A model generated the notes under the pieces. It made no database searches and was not told the origin of the DNA. It was given only the letters and a program-made list of their open reading frames with translations. Position numbers and translations under genes: made by a program. From the NCBI GenBank assembly GCA_964016885.1, contig OZ024757.1, positions 18,166,001-18,230,000 of the forward strand: DNA of 64,000 nt, given 5' to 3'. This document shows positions 52,636 to 64,000 of this stretch, piece by piece (the first letter of the stretch is position 1; each line of letters begins with the position of its first letter). The stretch comes from Eledone cirrhosa. Taxonomy: Eukaryota.

Positions 52636-52683
52636 ATGACGTTAGACATTCGCCTTTTTCCACAAATGGAAATCACGGCAATG
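52636..52683 (+). other. candidate 48-nt symmetric micro-exon
   Basis: T-rich tract and ttcag acceptor, G|gtaacgt donor; open in phase 1 (DVRHSPFSTNGNHGN). Confidence 0.22.
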
Positions 52684-52748
52684 GTAACGTGATTGTAATG
52701 CTCAGTTGGTGTTTGTGTATTCTAGCAAACCGACACACGTATGGATAT

Positions 52749-55873
<3,125 letters not shown>

Positions 55874-56131
55874 GTTTGTGTGTGTGTATAGGAAAATGTG
55901 TGTATTTACGTACGAATGTATATATCTTTGATTTTCTTTTAGTCACGAATATAATTCTGTTTCGCTGAATAACCATTTGTATTGTTTGAATATATATATA
56001 TATATACATACATATACTTACATGTATATATATATATATATACATGTATATATATACATACATATACATGTATATAAATATACATGTGCATATAAATATA
56101 CATGTGCATATGCATATACATCTATATACAC

Positions 56132-56194
<63 letters not shown>

Positions 56195-56450
56195 GTCTAT
56201 ACATATGCATATATATATATATATATACAACTTAAAATGCAGTGGGAATACGAAGAAATCAAGAAGGGGCGCGGGAGTTTTCCCGATCAGTTCTCTACTG
56301 GGTCCCGGATATTTCGACGCTTTAAAGACAATATATGTTGCCCCAGGGCGTCAATAACTGGATAAGTTATAAGGAAAATGGAGGAGGGAGAGAAGGAACG
56401 CAAAAGGGAAGAAAAGAGAAAACAGTAACAATTATATATATATATATATA

Positions 56451-56926
56451 TTTCAGGTCTCTACGAAGGTCCGACTTCCACACCGATCTCAAGCTCTTCA
56501 TTGCTGTAGTGGAGTCTGTGCTGCTGTATGGGTCTGAGACTTGGACACTGACCAAGAGACTCACTCAGATGGTGGATGAGTGCTACACGAGAATGCTGAG
56601 GATGGCTCTGAACATTAATCAGTATACACTGAGAATGAAAAACTCAGAGCTGTATGGGAGCATCCCAAAAGTGAGCTCAAAAGTGACACAGAGGAGACTG
56701 AGGTTGGCTGGACATGGTCACCGACATCCAGAGTTGACATTGCACTCAGTGCTCCTTTGGGAGCCCCTACATGGACACACTAGAAGAGGAAGACCAAGGT
56801 TAACATATGTTGATGCCCTGAGGACAGACACTGGACTGTTGGAGATGCAGGATATGGCAGCGATAATGAGGGACAGAGACCGCTGGAGAGAACTCGTCCA
56901 TGGATCTCGGGAATTTTACCCGCCTT

Positions 56927-56928
<2 letters not shown>
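56451..56928 (+). mobile_element. 5'-truncated RTE-group LINE in (TA)n with a 45-nt 5' inversion
   Basis: VESVLLYGSETWTLTK..LRLAGH..LLWEPLHG..RGRPRLTYVD..DRDRWR; 56451-56495 is the inverted upstream segment. Confidence 0.92.
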
Positions 56929-56976
<48 letters not shown>

Positions 56977-57138
56977 AGTATATGTTTCCAGTTTTGAGTA
57001 TATGATTCCAGTGAAAGAACAGTGAAAGTATATGATTCCAGTGAAAGAACAACCCAACCAGGAACTGGGAATATCAGAGTATTGACAAAGTTAAACACCT
57101 CAACAACATGTGTACTCGTCTCTACCACACTAATTCGG

Positions 57139-57193
57139 ACTGCCTGAAGAGGTCACAGCCAAAGATGGCTGTCACCGAAATATATATAGCAGT
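57139..57193 (+). ncRNA. type-I hammerhead ribozyme (family G)
   Basis: actgc CTGAAGA ggtcacagcca aaga tggctgtcacc GAAA tatata TA gcagt. Confidence 0.9.
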
Positions 57194-57382
57194 AATAAAC
57201 GAAGCCAAATTTTAAACATTTGACTTATTTATTTTATTTTATTTTATATATATATATAGATACAAATAAAGATTCAGCGAGAATCGCATTTCGGCGGGCA
57301 GGAAAAGCGAGGCGAAACGCAAAAATCAGAAATGATACTGGCAAAGTGCTCAATAGTTAAAAACCAGAGCTAAACAATGTGT

Positions 57383-58545
57383 TAAGAAGCCATTTTTTTT
57401 TTTTAAGGCGGGTAAAATTCCCGAGATCAATGGACGAGTTCTCTCCAGCGGTCTCTGTCCCTCATTATCGCTGCCATGTCCTGCGTCTCCAACAGACCAG
57501 TGTCTGTCCTTAGGGCATCAACATACGTTAACCTTGGTCTTCCTCTTCTATTGTGTCCATGTAGGGGCTCCCAAAGGAGCACTGAGTGCAATGTCAACTC
57601 TGGATGTCGGTGAGCATGTCCAGCCAGCCTCAGTCTCCTCTGTGTCACTTTTGAGCTGACTTTTGGGATGCTCCCATACAGCTCTGAGTTTTTCATCCTC
57701 AGTCTATACTAATTAATGTTCAGAGCCATCCTCAGCATTCTCGTGTAGCACCCATCCACCACATGAGTGAGTTTCTTGGTCAGTGTCCAAGTCTCAGAGC
57801 CATACAGCAGCACAGACTCCACTACAGCAATGAAGAGGCGGATTTTCAGGTCTCTACGAAGGTTCGACATCCACACCGATCTCAAGCTGTGGCACGCCGC
57901 CCAGGCCTTGCTCTTCCTCTCAACCACATCATCTTCCGTATTCCCAATCTTTGCTCCCAAATACAGGAAGCTCTCAACCAATTCTAGCGGCTTCCAGCCT
58001 ACATTAGTGATCCCCTCTGGCTTCTCAACATTCTCTACCAGATATTTTGGTTTAGTCTCATTCATTCTCAGCCCCACACTCATCGACACAGTCTCAACCT
58101 CCCGCATCAAATCCTCTGCCTCCTTCACTGTATTTGTCACCAAAACTATGTCGTCGGCAAATTCAGCATCCGATACCTTTTGACTTTAGGAAGGCCTTTG
58201 ATTCTGTGAACCGTTACTGCCTGATGAAGATCTTACAGGCTTATGGAATCCCCAAGAGGATAGTTGACCTGATATCACTGCTCTACACCAACACCAAACC
58301 CCAAGTCATTACACCTGATGGGATGACAGAGTTCTTTGAGATACTAGCTGGAGTGCTCCAGGGAGATACATTGGCTCCCTACCTTTTTATCATCGTAGTG
58401 GACTATTGTATGCGCCTTGCACTGGAGAAACACCAGGACTCTGGCTTTACTGTAGTACCGGCTCAGAGCAGGAGAGTTAGGGCGAAAAAGGTATCGGATG
58501 CTGAATTTGCCGACGACATAGTTTTGGTGACAAATAAGAAGCCAT
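57383..58545 (-). mobile_element. RTE-group LINE with poly(A), 5' inversion (about 58180-58536) and 11-bp TSD
   Basis: TSD taagaagccat at 57383-57393 and 58535-58545; RT motifs FDFRKAFDSV, GVLQGDTLAPYLF, EFADD in the inverted part; FLYLG and YGSETW in the body. Confidence 0.95.
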
Positions 58546-58596
58546 ACAAAACTGAAAAGGTGGTCAAGAGGGCATTAACCACCCAAGCCAAAAAAC

Positions 58597-58837
58597 CAAA
58601 GGTGACAAATATTAACAAAATAGATATTCTTGTGATCAATTATGTTTTATTATACATATTTCAGAGGTACTGAATTAAGTTCAGCAGTACGTCCTCATCA
58701 GATAAAATAAAATGATACATTTGTTAATATTTGGAATTAATATTAATAACTCCGGAAAATATTTTTTTCTTGTAGAGTGCTTCCAATCTATTGTAAAACT
58801 CATTATTTGATGTATTCATCGAATCTTGTTTAACTCT

Positions 58838-58840
<3 letters not shown>
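58597..58840. mobile_element. family-A fold-back with HHR 58645-58707 (-)
   Basis: ttttat CTGATGA ggacgtactg..cagtacctct GAAA tatgta TA ataaaa; tail on the opposite strand. Confidence 0.8.
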
Positions 58841-58895
<55 letters not shown>

Positions 58896-59139
58896 TAAAG
58901 ACGCCATACCTCGTTGTGGAGTCGGAGAGCCACCGTCATACGGCATGTTTAGGGCACTTCTAAAGCTAGCAGTGCCCAACCCTCTCCAGGTCTTAACATA
59001 GTCTAAATTTTTCTCTTTTGGAACAATCGACCTCAGTACACCACTGGTAATTTTTTTATCGACATCGAAAGGGTGAAAGGCATACTTGACCATCACAGGA
59101 TTTGAACTCAGAGGGGCCAATCTGGTGGGACCAGTTATG

Positions 59140-59265
59140 TATATGTATATATGCTTTTATATGCATACATATATATAATAAATATATATATATATATATA
59201 TATATGCTTTTATATGCATACATATACATATGTATATATATATATATGCTTTTATATGCATACCT

Positions 59266-59300
<35 letters not shown>

Positions 59301-59315
59301 TTTATATGCATACCT

Positions 59316-59350
<35 letters not shown>

Positions 59351-59363
59351 TTTATATGCATAC

Positions 59364-59407
<44 letters not shown>

Positions 59408-59463
59408 TTTTATATGCATACATATACATACATATATATATATATGCTTTTATATGCATACCT

Positions 59464-59498
<35 letters not shown>

Positions 59499-59513
59499 TT
59501 TATATGCATACAT

Positions 59514-59544
<31 letters not shown>

Positions 59545-60270
59545 CTTTTATATGCATACATATACATATATATATATATATATATATACTTTTATATGCA
59601 TACATATACATATATATATATATATATATATGCTTTTATATGCATACATATACATGCATATATATATAATATATATACATATATATACAAACATATATAT
59701 ATATACCTATATATACACACATATATATATACATATATATACACAAATATATATATACATATATATACACATATATATATACATATATATACACATATAT
59801 ATACACATATATATATATACATATATATACACATATATATATATACATATATATACACATATATATATATACATATATATACACATATATATATATACAT
59901 ATATATACACACATATATATATACATATATATACACATATATATATATATATGCATATATATACACACATATATATATATACATACATATATATACACAT
60001 ATATATATATATGCATATATATACACATATATATATACATATATATACACATATATATATATATATATACATATATATACACATATATACATATATATAC
60101 ATATATATACACATATATATACACATATATATATTTACATATATATATATACATATATACATATATATACACACATATATGTATATAAATATATATACAC
60201 AGATGTATATATGCATATATATTTATATACATACATATGTATATATGTATATATACATATGTATATATAC
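59140..60270. repeat. TA-rich compound minisatellite (tacttttatatgcatac units)
   Basis: Direct reading. Confidence 0.93.
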
Positions 60271-60886
60271 ATGAATGTATGTAGAGTATATTTGGCAACA
60301 TACAGTATGTTTAATTAAAAATATTTAGAAGACCTTTCGCCATGAGTTTTAAAGCAGTGACTATGTCACATATATTGTCACTTATACATACATATACTTA
60401 TATACATACATATGTAAATAGATATATACATATATATACTTATATACATACATATGTATGTATATATATATATGTGTGTACATATATATTAAAAAATTTC
60501 ATGTTATTTAATCGGTCGCTTCTATTTGACTTAATATTTGAAAGCAACGGTCACACATCATTTCTCTTTCTTTCTTCTTTGCCGTTATTTCTTTCTTCTT
60601 CTCTATTCTATACCTCTCTCTCTCTCTCCCTTTTTCTTCCCTAATACGTATATTTACGCATTTAAATATTTATGTATGTACGTATTTATTTATGCTCTTG
60701 CATTTCCTCATATTCACCCCCTCCTTATACCTCTATCTCGCTCCACATCCCCTCCTTCATCATATTTAAGTTTGTCATGTTATTATTTATGGTATATAAA
60801 TGTTGAGATTTGTTGTAATAAATCACGGCCACTACTGGAAATGAACCATCAAGACCGTTGAGGTATGTCATACATCAATTCATGTA

Positions 60887-60949
60887 TTTTATCTGACGAG
60901 GACGTACTGCAAAATACAGCACAGTACCTTCGAAATATATATAATTAAA
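60887..60949 (+). ncRNA. type-I hammerhead ribozyme (family A, element about 60862-60998)
   Basis: ttttat CTGACGA ggacgtactg..cagtaccttc GAAA tatata TA attaaa. Confidence 0.78.
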
Positions 60950-61024
60950 CATATTTTGATTATGTGAATGTCTTCATTTATTAATATTCTGAATAATATA
61001 TATATATATATATATATATAATAT

Positions 61025-61220
61025 AACGAAGGAAATGTGGTAAGGAATCAGGTGGACCATAACGCACCAAAGTACTCAATACTTAGGGTAGTAGAGTGGG
61101 TAATAGGAACAAGTAAGACCCCGACGGCTGAGCTCAAGCCGTTTCGAAGGCTAATTCTGTACTGATAATAGAGTACAGATTTAGCCGTCGAAACGGCTTG
61201 AGCTCTGCCGTCGGGGTCAT
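61025..61220 (-). mobile_element. family-C fold-back element
   Basis: Tail plus palindrome centred near 61166. Confidence 0.9.
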
Positions 61221-61615
61221 ATATATATATATATATATAAGTATGTATACGTACATATATGTATATATAATCGAATGCGTTGGTGTTTTAAGTGAATTTG
61301 TCTGTAATCTATATAGTAGTGTGTTATGACTGTTAGATGTTTGCGTGTTAAAGAAATGTGGTCACCATTTTATAAGATTGTCTCTTTATACTTGTTTGTA
61401 AACACGTCTCTGTACCGTCTTTATATGTCACTATATGTATGTGTGTATGCAAGCAACCGTATGTATGCATGTGCATGTATGTGTGTATGTAAGTGTCCGC
61501 ATGTGTGTAAGTGTGCGTATGTATGTGTGTGTGTAAGACAATTATGCTCTTGCTTAATGTTTTCTACTTAGAACTAATTTATATTAATGCTTCCTTCTGC
61601 ATTTATATATATATA

Positions 61616-61667
<52 letters not shown>

Positions 61668-61928
61668 TGTGCGTGTGCGTGTGTGTGTGTTTGTGTGCGT
61701 GTGTGTGTGCGTGTGTGTGTGTGTGCGTGTGTGCGTGTGCGTGTGTGCGTGTGCGTGTGTGCGTGTGCGTGTGTGCGTGTGCGTGTGTGTGGGGGGGGGA
61801 GGGGAGTGTGAATATATACAAATATGTATGTATGAAAGCGTGTATGTGTGTGTGTGTATATATATATATATAGATATATATATACATACATACATACACG
61901 CTCTCATGCATACATATTTGTATATATT

Positions 61929-61962
<34 letters not shown>

Positions 61963-62288
61963 AATATATAAGTGTCCATGCATTGTTGCCACTATATATA
62001 TGTATTGTCTGTACCCATAAAGATGTGTATGCTTGTGTGTGTCTGTCTGCTTGACTGCGAGTGTGTGAGTGTGGGTGTGTGAGTGTGTGTGTGCTTGTGT
62101 GTGCGTGCGCTTGTGTGTTCGAGGATGTGTGTGTGTGTGTGCCTGCATGTGTTCGAGCATGTGTGTGTGTGTTCTTGTGTGTGTGTGTGTATGTGTTTAG
62201 TTGACCACTTTAATAGTGTACGGAACAAAATGTATTTTGTTAACGTGACATTTGCTGTTCTAATTTTATTTAAGAAATGCATCCTTCT

Positions 62289-62369
<81 letters not shown>

Positions 62370-62513
62370 TATGCAAATATATATATGTGCATGTGTTTGT
62401 ATGCGTGTGTAGTGAGCGTGTGTGTGCGTGTGTGCGTATTTATCTTTCCTTTACGTGTTTGTATTCGCTAAGTGCTCTTAACACTATGTTAAGAAGTTGT
62501 AAGTTGATATAAA

Positions 62514-62860
62514 CCACTCTCGACACCCTCCCTCTCTATCCTTACCTTCCCCTCTCCCCTCCACTCTCGACACCCCTCCCTCTCTATCCTTACCTTCCCC
62601 TCTCCCCTCCACTCTCGACACCCCCTCCATCTCTCTCCTTACCTTCCCCTCTCCCCTCCACTCTCGACACCCTCCACCTTTCTCTCTCCTTACCTTCCCC
62701 TCTCCCCTCCACTCTCGACACCCTCCTCCTCTCTCTCTCCTTACCTTCCCCCTCAACTCACGACACCCTAACTCTCTCCTTACATTCCCCTCACCTCTCC
62801 AGTCTCGACACCCCTCCCTCTCTCTCCTTACCTGTCCCCTCTCCTCTCCCGCCACCCCCC
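62514..62860. repeat. about 47-bp pyrimidine-rich minisatellite (ccactctcgacaccc..ccttaccttcccctctcccct)
   Basis: About 7 copies. Confidence 0.9.
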
Positions 62861-63145
62861 CTCCATCTCATAACCTATCCCCTCCCCCCAACACCCCCCT
62901 CCATACCTATCCCCTCTCCCCTCCACTCACGACAACATCCTCACCTGTCCCCCCTCACATCCTCTACACCTACTTGTTCCCCCCCCTTTCTATCTATTTA
63001 TCTATTACACAGGTCTATCATATATTACGTTTCAGTGTCTGTATATAAATAGGTATATATATAATACATACATATATATATACATACATATATATATATA
63101 TATATACACATACATATATATATACACATACATATATATATATAT

Positions 63146-63215
<70 letters not shown>

Positions 63216-63415
63216 NNNNNNNNNNNNNNNNNNNNNNNNNNNNNNNNNNNNNNNNNNNNNNNNNNNNNNNNNNNNNNNNNNNNNNNNNNNNNNNNNNNNN
63301 NNNNNNNNNNNNNNNNNNNNNNNNNNNNNNNNNNNNNNNNNNNNNNNNNNNNNNNNNNNNNNNNNNNNNNNNNNNNNNNNNNNNNNNNNNNNNNNNNNNN
63401 NNNNNNNNNNNNNNN
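63216..63415. other. assembly gap (200 N)
   Basis: Direct reading. Confidence 1.
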
Positions 63416-63550
63416 TATTATATATATATATATTATATATATATATATTATATATATATATATTATATATATATATATTATATATATATATATTATATAT
63501 ATATATTATATATATATATATATATTATATATATATATTAATATATATAT

Positions 63551-63581
<31 letters not shown>

Positions 63582-63926
63582 ATATATATATTATATGTAT
63601 ATATTATATATATATTATATGTATATATATATATTATATGTATATATATATATTATATATATATATATATATTATATATATATATTATATATATATATTA
63701 TATATATATTATATATATATATTATATATATATATTATATATATATATTATATATTATATATTATATATATATATATTATATACATATTATATATATATA
63801 TATTATATATTATATATATATATATATATTATATATATATATATATAATATATTATATAATATATATATTATATAATATATATTATATAATATATATATA
63901 TTATATATTATATATATATTATATAT

Positions 63927-63958
<32 letters not shown>

Positions 63959-64000
63959 ATATATTATATATATATATATATTATAAATATATATATATTA
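63416..64000. repeat. degenerate (TA)n
   Basis: Direct reading. Confidence 0.95.

Overview
Repeat-dominated, AT-rich animal DNA, intronic or intergenic. The SINE and microsatellite content resembles an octopus/cephalopod genome (inference from recalled repeats, not a database hit). No intact host gene is visible and almost all listed ORFs are translated microsatellites. The non-microsatellite islands are transposon remnants: about 20 copies of one tRNA-derived SINE (many with TSDs), RTE-group LINE fragments (two with 5' inversions), CRE-like and R4/Dong-like restriction-endonuclease retrotransposon ends, mariner and piggyBac-type remnants, and Penelope-like GIY-YIG remnants. The main signal is a dense set of short inserts between (TA)n tracts, from at least 7 sequence families. 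They carry about 25 type-I hammerhead ribozyme (HHR) motifs (stem I-CTGAnGA-stem II-GAAA-stem III-TH-stem I') and are often integrated as head-to-head fold-backs. The inversion points repeatedly fall on ribozyme landmarks (stem II, stem I, the cleavage site), and the short arms end at internal TA microhomology. This suggests RNA-structure-guided, two-ended priming of Penelope-like/retrozyme RNAs in (TA)n. Family letters A-G are my labels. There is a 200-nt N gap at 63216-63415.
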